A stretch of DNA of 64,000 bases from Camelus ferus (Eukaryota): contig NC_045697.1 of assembly GCF_009834535.1 (NCBI RefSeq), positions 21,206,001 to 21,270,000 of the forward strand, in the 5' to 3' direction. The position numbers and the translations under genes are program-made. Every line of letters starts with the position of its first letter. Within the stretch, counting starts at the first letter, position 1. The notes under the pieces were generated by a model. That model saw only the letters and a list, made by a program, of their open reading frames with translations. It had not been told where the DNA came from and made no database searches. Positions 1 to 11,690 of the stretch are shown here, piece by piece.

Positions 1-1949
1 TCACCTGCAAAGATCAGGGACTTAAACTCATCAGCCATTCCAGAAGAATGAGAAAACAACTGGGCTTATTTAATGTTCCATAAAGTACTTGATTCCAATC
101 CCAATATGCCCTGTTTGTGTGGGAAAGAATCCCAACCTATATCCACATACTTCTTCATTCTCTAGTCATGGTTTTTCCACCCTCTCAAGCAATTGTAGAA
201 TTACTCTAATGATGATAATCTATGACAATTTTTTTTAACATTTGAAAAAGTTCAGCATTCTCATACACTGTAAATTCATTTTCTTCTTTTTATTTAAAGT
301 GTTCTATTCTTAGTTCTCTCGTTTTCTAAATTAAGTTTGAAAGTGCAGTCATTTTGGTCTTGCTTTCTCTGTTCCTGTACCTGCTGCATTAATCTCAATC
401 TGGGTGCTGTTAATCTTAGTTGGCAAACTGTCTCTGGGATGTGCTACACTTTTGGTTAATTTAGTATACAGTATCATTCAAAAAAAAATGGGACACATAT
501 ACTTCTTACATATAGTAACAAGAAGGTGCCTTTCCTTCTGTGAACCAAGCATCACAACACAACTTTAATGGTAACAGTGGCATTGAGGAATATTGTCTAA
601 TGTAGTTTGAATTTATAGTAATCAAATTGGCATCTTCTTCCCAACACTTTCATCAAAAAATTACCACTTTTTCCCTAAGGTTTACATTTCATTAATTACT
701 CAAGACATGCATTTTTGAAAAGATTATACTTTCATTCTGTACCATATAGTTTGTTCTAAAATGCAAAATTAAAGTTATTATTTCATTTGTGGTTCAGCAG
801 AATAAATCAGGTTTGTCTGTTTATAACGTACACAAAGACTGTTCTTTCTTCCCTTTGCAAAATTAAGGATGTAATTTATCTGCTAAATAGCATGATTGAT
901 CCTTTCTCACTGTGGTCTTGTATGAGTTAATAAATCAGGACACAGCTACCACCTCTAAATGTTCAATCCTGACCCTACAATTAGCTTTCCACTGACTCTG
1001 GTTCCTGATTATCAGCACAAACCTCTACTTTGAGCTATCCCATAATTAGTCAGACAATACTGTGTCATGTGCTAAAATATCCTGGCTGGTAGAACATTTG
1101 CTAACCAGTGATCTGTCACATCCCCTGGATGGATCTCATGCCCTTGTTTAGATAAGAGGATCATCAGCTCTGCTTCCCGTTACATTGACACTAATGTGGC
1201 ATCCAAAATTTGAATGCAGCAATTAAAAGTTTTTTAAGCTTTCCTTAAATGGCACCAGGCCAAATCCTACATGCAAAATGTTTGACGGACTTTTTTAAGT
1301 ATGAACAAAAATGTCCAAATGTTAAACATTTCTGAAGGTGCTACACCAACAGACCATATGCATGGAATTTTGGTTTTATTCTGAAAAAAGAAAAGAGCAG
1401 AATTGAAACACCTCACTAGTTGAGTCAGGGGAAAAGAAACTTCTTTATTATTTGCTTTTTATTGACTTTTTAATGTTATCTTCCCTTCAATTATCTGTTA
1501 CTTTCTAAAGGTATTTTTTCCAACTTGAGATCCAAATTTGGATCATTTCTTAATTGTGTCCCACCTGCATACATTTATAGGAATTTGTAAGAATTACATT
1601 CTCCATATTTAGTTTTTTTGGCAATACAGATGATCAAGAGGAAATTATTAGAGGTGCAAGAATTCAAAAAAAGACTATCATGTAATTGATAATTATAATG
1701 ACGATGATCAGGCATAGTTAATGGACTAGCACTACTGCCAAAAAAAACAAATTTTATGGCTAAGATGCATCTCAAGTTTATAGGTCATATTGCAGGTAGT
1801 TAAAATACTAGTAAAAACAATTTAACCTTGGTCCTTGTCTGAGCATTTTTGTTATTTATTTATGTATTTGAATCTTATATTCTAAGATAATACACAAAAT
1901 AATTGATTTTTTTTAATGGCTAACTGTTTTTTGACTAAGGAATCCTATC

Positions 1950-3370
1950 AGAATGACGAGATGTATAGAACAACAACGAAAGATAAACTTTGACCACTAC
2001 TTTATACCATATGCCAAAGTCAAATGAAGATGAATCAAAGACCCAAGTGTTGGGGCTGAAACTATAATACCTCTATGGAAAGAAAAATAGAAGTAAATCT
2101 TCACTGCTTTGGATTAGGCAAAGTTGTCTCAAATTGGACAAAATGCTCATCAGAGGGAAAAAATGATATATTCAAACTTCATCAAACTTAGAAATTTTGA
2201 TTTCAAAAGTTATTTTTGATGAAATGATAGTGCTGTTCTGAAATCTTCTAAGAGCAGATCTTAAGTGTTCTCACCAAAAAAAACAAACAAAAAACAAACA
2301 AACAAACAAACAAAAAAACAGAGAGAGAGGAAAAAAAGAGCTATGTGAGGTGTTGGATATATTAATTAACTTTATTGTGGGAATCTCTTTATAATGTACC
2401 TATAAACCAAATAATAATGTTGTATACTTTAAATATATTCCAATTTTATTTGTCTATTATACCTCAACCTTTAAAAAAAGAGAAAAACTTGAAAGAAAAT
2501 GAAAATCCAAATTATATATTTGGAGAAAATACAACAAATTTAACTGACAAACAACTTGTATCCAGAATATGTAAAGAACTCTTAAATATCAGTAATAATT
2601 TTTAAAATAATCTGTCTTAAGAAAAACAAAAGTCTTTAAAAGGATGTTCATAATTAAAAATATAGAAACAACCAAGAGGTATGTTAAAAGATGTACATCA
2701 TCGTTGATCACGAGGAAAATGCAAGTTAAAACCACAAAGTGCCACCTCTTAAATAAACTCAGATGTCTAAAATTAAAAACAATGAATATCCCAAATGTCA
2801 GTGAGGATATGGAATAACTGAAATGACATATTGCTTGTGGGAGTATTAAATTATATAACAACTTTCGAAAAGGATATGAGATTCCTTGTAAAGTTAAACA
2901 TAACATATTATCTAGCAATCCCAATTTTAGGTATTTATCCAAAATTAAACATATGTCCACACAAAGACTTTGCACAAATGTTCATAGCAGTTTTTATTCA
3001 GTCCCAAACTGGAATCAGTTCAAATGTCTACCCGCAAAATGTAAGTAAACACATTTTAGCATATTCAAAAATGGGCTACTAAAAAAAACAAGTACAAATA
3101 CTTTATGCACAACATGGATGAATACAAATAAGCACATACTATGTGATATAATTTTTATTGCTTCTAATTATGGAGGTAGATATCAGAAAAGTGTGTCTCC
3201 TGAGCTTAAATGGAGTTTGACTAGATAGAAGCATAAAGAACTTTCTGATATGGTGAAAATAGTTTATATTTTGATTGGGTCAATGGTCACCTGGCTGTAT
3301 ATATTTGTTAAAACTCAACAAACTCACAGTTAAAATCTGTGCACCTAGCTGTAAGTAAATTTTATTTTGT
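1950..3370 (+). mobile_element. Old L1 (L1MC/L1ME-type) ORF2 end and 3' UTR, with a nested L1MA/MB-type 3' end at ~2225-2480
   Basis: Degenerate L1 motifs such as 'atgcaagttaaaaccacaaagtgccacc' and 'cacaaatgttcatagcagtttt'. The nested piece has 'agatcttaagtgttctcacc', (CAAA)n and 'ttgtatactttaaatatattccaattttatttgtc'. Confidence 0.75.
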
Positions 3371-4199
3371 GCAAATCTTGTGCTATGTAAATATTACTAG
3401 AATTAAAACCCACTTATCATCATCATATACTAATAAACAGAATAAAGAGCAAAACCATAACTCTCTCACTAGATTTAGAATTACAATCATAAAAGCAATA
3501 TTCATTCTTGGATTTAGTTCTGATACTTCTCCATTAAATAATAATAAAAATTAACAAGATTTTTCTTGAATATTAAAGAATTAATGTATAACATAGTACT
3601 TAGGTAACAGCCAATGCTCAGTAACTTAATTATTATTAGATATTATCACTTCATAATGCAATGAGTTAAGAGCTAGGTTTGTCTTTATTATAGTAAAAAA
3701 AAAATAGCTGTCTCTTATCCAAAACTTAGACAAAGCCATGGTAAAAAGTAAAAGAGGAGAACTGCCATTTGACAAGGTCAACAGATATTTGGTGGGTCAT
3801 TCAGTAAAACAATGACATTTTCTCTGCAAAAATTGGACCAGAAGCATCGTGAGAAAAAAAAATAGCAAATCAAGGTTGAATATATCTCATGGATAGGAGA
3901 CTGTGATAACCTCAGGGAGTGGTTTATATAGCGGAATCCTCAAAAATTATTTTAAGCATATGAAAATACCAGAAGACCTGAAGGGAAGTGCCACCTTGCT
4001 CTTACTTGCCTTGTCTCGCTTCCAGTAATTATAACTGCGTTAGCATTAAATTAAAATATTACGTACAAGCATTTTAGTTTTTTCCCGCTAATTGAAATGA
4101 GAAACATTGATTTCTTGGTTATAAGGGACAACTGTAATTGATTAAACCACTTGCGCCCTTTTAAATAGCCCATCAAATGAGAACTTTATCTGTTGGCTT

Positions 4200-4795
4200 T
4201 TATGTAAGTATATAATATAGTTTTTTAACTATAGTCACTATTCTGTACAGTAAATTTCCAGGAGTTAGTCATCCTGTATAACCGAAACTTTGTATCTTTT
4301 GACTAACACCTTCCTGTCTTCCTCTGCCAAGCCCTTGGCAATCACCATTCCACTCTCTGCTTTTATGAGTTTGACTATTTTTTCACTCATTTTATAAGTG
4401 GCATCATGCAGTACTTCATCCTGGCTTATCTGATTTAGCCTAACTTCCTCCAGTTTCATCCCTGTTGGAGCAAATGGCGGTATTTCCTTTTTTGTTTTTA
4501 GGGCTGGTAATAGTCCACTGTATGTTTATACCACACTCTTTTCATCCTTTCATTCATCCATGAGCATTCAGGTTTCATTTAGTTGGAAGGTGATAGCTCA
4601 TTAGGGTTTTGATTTGCATTTCCCTGATGATTAGTGATGTTGAACACATTCTGGTATACCTGTAGGCCATTTGTAGAAACATACAAATGTTTATTTAGTT
4701 CCTTTGCCCATTTTTAAATCGGGTTATTTCATTTTGTTTTGTTTTGTTTTGGCTATTGAGTTCTAGAAGTTCCTGATTTATGTTAGATTTTTTTT
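4200..4795 (-). mobile_element. L1MA/MB-type 3' fragment
   Basis: Antisense L1 text: 'gttttgatttgcatttccctgatgattagtgatgttgaaca', 'ttcctttgcccatttttaaatcgggttattt'. Confidence 0.85.
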
Positions 4796-4949
4796 CCTTT
4801 TTGAAAGTATTGGGTAGGGCTTCCAGAAAAATCAGTAAATAAATAAACATGTGTATACCCATTTTTCTTAGCTTTATTTTGTTGTTGGCTGTTGTTTTGT
4901 TTTGTTTTAACCAAGAGTGGGTTTAGAAATTCCTTCCTCATAGCTGTTA

Positions 4950-5165
4950 ACAGGGTTTGCAACCTGGTTTGACCTCTTAAAAGTTGTATGACCTTGGGGA
5001 AATTATATACCCTTTCTAAGAGCTATTATCTAAATTATAAACAGGTATAAAACTCTTAGCTATCTTATAGGATTTCTATGAGGATTAGGTGAGTTAATGC
5101 ATATAAAGCACATAGGACAGTGTCTGGCATGGAGTAAGAGCTATGCAAGAGGTGCTATGATGATA
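4950..5165 (+). mobile_element. MIR SINE
   Basis: MIR core 'tgtatgaccttggggaaatta...atgaggattaggtgagttaatgcatataaagcacataggacagtgtctggca'. Confidence 0.8.
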
Positions 5166-6734
5166 AGGAGGATGATTGACATGCTCATAATATTTCATGT
5201 TCTTATCTCAAACTTTCCTTCATTCCAAATAGAAGAAATCCAAAACCAATTAAAGTAAGTTTAATTAGGATTTATGTATTTTTGAGACTTTTCTATAGCA
5301 CAGTACTGTGACTCTTAAAATTTGTGTGAGAATATTTTTATCAGATACAATAAATCAACAATATCAAATAAAATACATTGACTTTGGCACAGTTTAAATA
5401 ATATGAGAATTAGCTCATACTATTAGGTGCTGTAGAACTGAGATAAAAACTGTCTTATCCTAGTGCTTTCTTTGGATAACATCCTTTCCAACATGTTGAA
5501 AAGATCTTTATCTAGTACTATGTTCTATATCTTTCAGAGATAATATTGTTACTTATGGGTTTTAACATATAAATATGACTATGAGTATAAATATTAAATA
5601 GTATATAAATACTATATTCCTGTATAATTGTATTATATATACATATAAATGTTTACTTTTATATATACTTAGAAATGTATATTGGTGTTTATATATGATA
5701 CCAAACACCAATATATTTTTCTCTCTGCTATTCCTCCGTATTTGGTAGAATTTTCCAGAATTGCTTAATTAATCAAAAATTTCAATGTAATCATTTCTTG
5801 AGATTCCTGAGGATTTGGGAATTCATGCATTTGGATTTTCAAATGAATTGGAATAAAGTTTGCATGAAAAACATAAGTATATTATAAAAACATACATATC
5901 TACATATATATCTATTATTTCTGTACTTGATGCAGGTAGTGTAATGACATTATGTATAATCTTAGTTTCTAGTCTTTCCTACTGTGAAGATATAGCTTAT
6001 ATCAAAAGGCTGTACATGCAAACAGAATTGGGTCATACTTATTTTTTCCATTGTGTTTTGGAGCATTTGTTGATATTAAAATGTTACACAGTTTTATTAT
6101 TGTAAATAAAATAAATCTTTTATTGATTTTGTAATTTAAAAACAAAAGCCAGAGACTTTAAAAATACCCAGTGTTAATATGATTCTGATTAACATTTCCA
6201 TATCTTGTTGGTATTAATAAACATTTGGGAAGCATTTATTTAAAAGTGAAATGTGATAGTGGGCATAAGTCTAATAATATTATTTGACCTTGTTTTAAAT
6301 ATTTTGGGATTTTATGCTAAGAACACATTTCCAAGAGTAGAAAATCTATAAATTAAAAATTTTGAAGCGTCCTAGAAGTCCAATCATACATATATTTAGG
6401 TAAGGCTATTTTTTTTCTTTTAAATACTTGTATATGAACCATAATTACACACTAGGTAATTATTTTAAAGGAGAGGGAGCTATGGTATTTAGAATCTTTG
6501 GAAATTCAGATAATTGTAGTCGAGTGTGGGAGCATGCTCAGACTTTTCTTTTGAGGTGGGAAGACTGTGAATTTATTGCAAAGACCCTCTAATGATGCTT
6601 TTACTGTGGAAGAATATTGTTTATCTAAGGCAACATGTACTTTCAGACATCTGGTAACTGCAAGTAGAGTCAGCTGCACAGCCTTGTACTTGGTTATGAT
6701 GGATAGTGTTTCCTTAGTCGGCAGTGGCATTCTT

Positions 6735-7227
6735 TTTTCTTTTTTCTGGTTTCATTAAGGTAAAATTTACAAATAAAACTGTAAGATATTTAAAGTATAA
6801 ACTGTGATGGTTTGATATACATTATGAAAGAATCCCTTCCATCTAATTAACGCATCCATCACCTCGCATATTTATCTTTTCTGTGTGTGGGAGAACATTT
6901 AAGTTCTACTCCTAACAGATTTCAATTATATAATACAGTGCTATCAACTATAGTCATCAAGTCATACATTAGGTCCTTAGATTATATTCATCTTACAGCC
7001 AAAAGCTGATGCCCTTTTAAAACCAGTCTTTTCCTGTTTCTCCCATTCCAGCTCCTAACAACCACGTTCTGACTCCCTATTTCTGTTAAGTTAGAGCTTT
7101 TTTTTCTTTTTGATTCTACTTATATGTGATATCATGCAATATTTGTCTCACTCTGTCTGGCTTATTTCGCTTAGTCAAAAGTTTATCTATTCTAAATGTC
7201 AGCATGTCCTTTCTTATGGCTGAATTA

Positions 7228-7278
<51 letters not shown>

Positions 7279-8721
7279 ATCTATATCTGTATCTATATAT
7301 ACACACACATACATACACACACAGATATGTATACACACACACACACACACATATATATATACATATATATATGAATGGAAATAAATAAGTAAATAGATTT
7401 TTGTTTATTTATCCATTCCATGTGGATATGTGTGTATCTGGATATATAAATAGTATATTTATGCACATATATAACTGTATCTCACATATTCTTTATCCAT
7501 TCATTCATTGATGGTCACTTAGGTTGTTTCCATATCCTGGCTATTGTGAATAATTCTGCAATGAACATTGAAGTCCAGATATCTCACTGATACCCTGTTT
7601 TCATTTCCTTTGGATATATACCCAGAGGTGTAATTGCTGGGTCATATGGTAGTCCTGTTTTCACTTTTCTGAGGAACCTCCATGCTGTTTTCCACACTGG
7701 CTGCACAAATTTACATTCCCATCAGCAGCGTACAGGATTCCTTCATCCCATGCACACCAATGTACTCATCACCTTTTTTACCCTTCCTTTGTGATGATAG
7801 CTATTCTAAGAGATATGAGGCAATATCTCATTGTGATATGAATTTTAATTTCCCTGATGATTAGTGAAGTTGAGCACTTTTCATGTATCTATTTTATTTC
7901 CCTGACTTTGGGAAAAATATCTATTCACATTCTCTGTTCAGTTTTTGAAATCAAATGGTTTGACTGTTTTGCTATTGAGTTGTGTGAGTTCTTTATTTCT
8001 TTTTAATATTAGCCTCTTACAGATACAGGATCTGAAAATACATATTTTTATTCTGTAGATTGCCTTTTTATTTTATTGATTTATATTATTGTTTCCTTGG
8101 CTACAGAAACTTTTTATTTTTAGGCAATACTATTTATATTTTTGCTTTTGTTGTCAAAGCCAAAAAAAAAATTGTTTCCAAAACCAGTATCAAGAAGTTC
8201 TTTCCCTGTTTTCTTTTAGGACTTTAACAATTTCAAGTCTTAAATTTATCTTTATCCCATTCTGAGTTGATTTTTGTGTATGGTGTCAGATAGAGGTCCA
8301 ATTTTATTCTTCTACATGTGGCCATACAGTTCTCTCAATACCATTTGTTGAAGACAGTACTCTCTACCCATTGTATAGTCTTGGCTCTTTAGTCAAAAAT
8401 TAGTTGACCATGTATGCATGAGTTCATTTCTGGCCTCTTAATTCTGTTCCATTGATCTATGTGAATGCTTTTGTGCCAGTACCATAGTGTTTTGGTTACT
8501 ATAATTTTTTAATACATTTTAAAATCAGGAAGTGTGATACATCTAGCTTTGTTATTCTTTCTCAAGATTTCTTTGGCCATTTGGGATCTTTGCTGTGTGA
8601 TACCAATTTTAGCATTGTTATTTCTATTTTGGGGGAAAATTCCACTGGAATATTTTTTAGAAGGATTGCTTTGAATCTGCAGATTGCTTTGATTAGTATA
8701 ACCATCTTAACAATATTAATT
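6735..8721 (-). mobile_element. 5'-truncated L1MA-type element with TSD
   Basis: T-rich tail at 6735, L1MA 3' end ('ctaattaacgcatccatcacctc'), antisense ORF2 text. Flanks cagtggcattctt (6722-6734) and cagtggtattctt (8722-8734) match 12/13. Confidence 0.9.
7226..7372. repeat. Compound microsatellite (TCTA)n/(CA)n/(TA)n inside the L1
   Basis: Directly visible tandem repeats. Confidence 0.95.
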
Positions 8722-9492
8722 CAGTGGTATTCTTAACTGGCATTTTCCCATTTGTTGGTTTTAGATACACATATTAGGTTGAATTATTTCTCATATTTCC
8801 TTTAGAGAAAGAAATCTTCTTTGGATTGAAATCAGAAGCTTTTGCTTTGAAGTGTTCAGCCAAAAGCTGCCTCAAGGCCATCCAGTGGGGTAGACATTAA
8901 GTCTACTACCTTTAGACACTCAAAAATAGTTTCACTTCTTCTTTCAATGACTATTGTGGCTTCAAAAGACAGAATATAGCCTTGGGATCATTGTGTTCAT
9001 TGCAGAAGTGGGACAACTAATACAGCCTAATATGGAATTTAAATTTTTTTCTTTCATAGACTTTATCTTAGATATTAAATGGGTTCGTTTTTGAATTTGT
9101 TTCTTTCCTCCGTGATAATAACTGTCTCTGTGGAACTTGAGGTTTTTTTTCCTCCCAGTATATTGAATATATATCTAACTCCATATAATCACAAAATATT
9201 AATAACAATTTATAAATATTCTGATTTTAATAATAACACAATTATAAAAGTCTACTCACCAAGACCAAAGTCCCTTGAGTTGTTATAAAGATCTACCTTC
9301 CTGAGCTTTATCATCCAAGTCACTTTTTAACTTTAGAGATTTAAGCAAATGCCTTACTCTAATCCACCTTTCTGAGATGTGGCCTATGAATCCTAAACTT
9401 TTGAGGTAAGTTAATCATTTTGCCGGCAGCAAGGTTTCTAAGAGTAGGTGGTAGGGTAGGGCAGTGTTGATTATACAGTACAGCAGACTTGG

Positions 9493-9990
9493 CGTGGTAG
9501 ACAGAATTATTAGACAGTACCCATATTTTGCCCATGGTTAGCATGACACACCTAATCCCACACCCTTGAATGGCACCTGTAATGATGATGGGAAAGCTAC
9601 TTCGTGTATTAAGGTATTATTAGGCTGTTACTTGGAAAGAGTGATGAAGAGAGTTACTCTCATGTTTACCTTATGTTATATAAGACTCTATCTTAGGTGA
9701 TTAATGAAAAAGTCTCCACTTGACTTTACATAAGCAAACTGCCATTGTTTGTGAGTAGGCCATGCAGCTAGAGTATGAGGGGGGCCTTTAGGAGCTGAGA
9801 AAGGTGCTCCACACTGCCAGCAAGAACGGAAGAACTTAAGTTCAACAAACATAAGGAACTGAATTTTGCCAAAGTGAATGAGCTTGGAGGAAGATCTCAA
9901 GCTTCAGATGAGAATGTAGCTTACTGACACCTTGATTTCAACCTGTGAAACTTTGAGCAGAAGATCAGTCAAGCTGTACTCAAACCCTGA
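9493..9990 (+). mobile_element. MaLR LTR (MLT1E/F/G-like)
   Basis: 'aaggaactgaattttgcc...gaatgagcttggaggaagatc...cagatgagaatgtagc...tgacaccttgatttcaacctgtga'. Confidence 0.8.
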
Positions 9991-10819
9991 CACACATATT
10001 TGACTGATTTTTCTGGTTAGTGACTTCAAATTATTGAAAAACAGTATATTTTTGTCATTTCTTGATTGAGAACCACATGTCTATATTTGATATTTACTCA
10101 AATATTGATATTCTTAAACACACTTCTGTTATGCCTCAAGAATTTTTAGTATTTTTTAGTTAGCTGTTTACATGGTTTCTGAGTTTACCTGTGAGTAGAA
10201 CAGTTTCAAGAGAAAACCAAATTGAAATTAGGTATATTCATGTGGTATATTAAATATCTCAAGGGAATGAATTTCTTTTAAAAATAATTCAAAATTAATG
10301 ACTAGTTTGAGAATCAAGTTTATATAGACCATATTGAAATTATGTATAATTTACATATTTTGTGCTCATATAATTATATATATTCACTTTTGATTGTTTT
10401 GATTTTCTATGTTTCCCATTACATATAATATGTATGATTATATATAATATATAATTCCATCTATGAAGTTATATATAATAAGTTTATTACACATAATTAA
10501 CTTTTATACATAAAATTATATGTTGAAATATACTTTTGGTGGTTTTGATTGCCTGTGTTTGCTATATACCTTGGAACAAACAAATCAGGATATAATTTGA
10601 GATCATATGATGTAATAGATACTAAGGAAGGCATTTAAGTCAATCCATATGGAAGTCATAAAGACATTAATGTGCACACACTTCGACATGTGTCATACTG
10701 TAGGGAGAAATACTAACTATACAATAATTTTTAAAATGAAACATGTATTTGGTTAACATAATAACATTATAAAAATACTATTTGTATAATATCCCTTGCA
10801 CAAACTTCTTGAGACCATT

Positions 10820-11040
10820 TCTAGCAGTACAGTGTCACTATCAAAAATGTAGGCTCTGGAAGTGTAATGCCTGTGTACAGTTCATGTCAGCTACTCTCCA
10901 GATTTGTGTCGCTTCACCTCATTTGTAAAGTGGAAATCACCACAGTATATTCATAAATTGTTGTGAGGAACCAATCTCCTCTCATTATGAATGCTGTCTG
11001 GCATATGATTAAATTTCAAAAGCATCAGTTATTATTAATA
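10820..11040 (+). mobile_element. MIR SINE
   Basis: 'cctcatttgtaaagtggaaat...ttgttgtgagg...gtctggcatatg'. Confidence 0.7.
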
Positions 11041-11155
11041 GTAGGAGCAGTAATAATACTACTATTCTTACTATAAATAGCAAAGTCTTACATGAAATTT
11101 ACAATAGCATAATTTTAAAATACCATTATAGCTAAAATTGCTGTTTTGATTATTA

Positions 11156-11690
11156 TTTTTTTTTTTAAATTTCAACGTCCTTTTTAATGAGTTGCAGAAC
11201 AAGATCTTCACAAAAAGACATTTGGAAATTTTGGAATTTGGTAAAGAGAAGAATTGGAGATATAAAGCAGTTTCTGGTCCATGATGATGGTAATACATTT
11301 GTCCTGGCAGTTGGAGACATTCCTTCCTTAGACTCCGATTCTGCTGTCCAGGAGGAATTTCATGTCTGTTGGTCCCTGAGACGCTCACCCTATGGGCGTT
11401 TCTTCTTTGTTCCATGTCCTCCACGACCACATCTAAAGTTGTTGTCATTGAGTTACATCCTCCTTGGGAGCTGAGTGATTTACACAGCTTTTTTTTTCTG
11501 TTAGTACATGCTGGGGAGCTTGGCAGCTGTTTCACCATCACAAGCTCTTTTAAAATAGACCCATGATTTCTTCGTCTACACAATTCTTTCAGCAGTACCA
11601 TAAACATAGCTCTATTTGTTTTCAGGCAGATCCATCTGTCACATGAAAAGGCATAACAATATCACTTTGAAGCCTACATCATTTCCTCCC
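11156..11690 (-). pseudogene. Processed pseudogene fragment; parent gene not identified, 5' limit uncertain
   Basis: Minus strand has ATTAAA (11183-11188) 16 nt before an A11 tail (11156-11166). Upstream is unique mRNA-like sequence with a frameshifted coding-like stretch ending NDNNFRCGRGGHGTKKKRP* (11449-11390). Confidence 0.6.

Noticed and set aside
11435..11465. Kunitz-like 'GGCN..NNF' motif
   Set aside because: Needs a frameshift and lacks the remaining Kunitz cysteine spacing; better explained as part of the retrocopy.
11187..11474. Plus-strand 95-aa ORF or exon after 'ttgcag'
   Set aside because: The T-tract is better explained as the antisense poly-A and signal of the retrocopy; no good donor or recognisable peptide.
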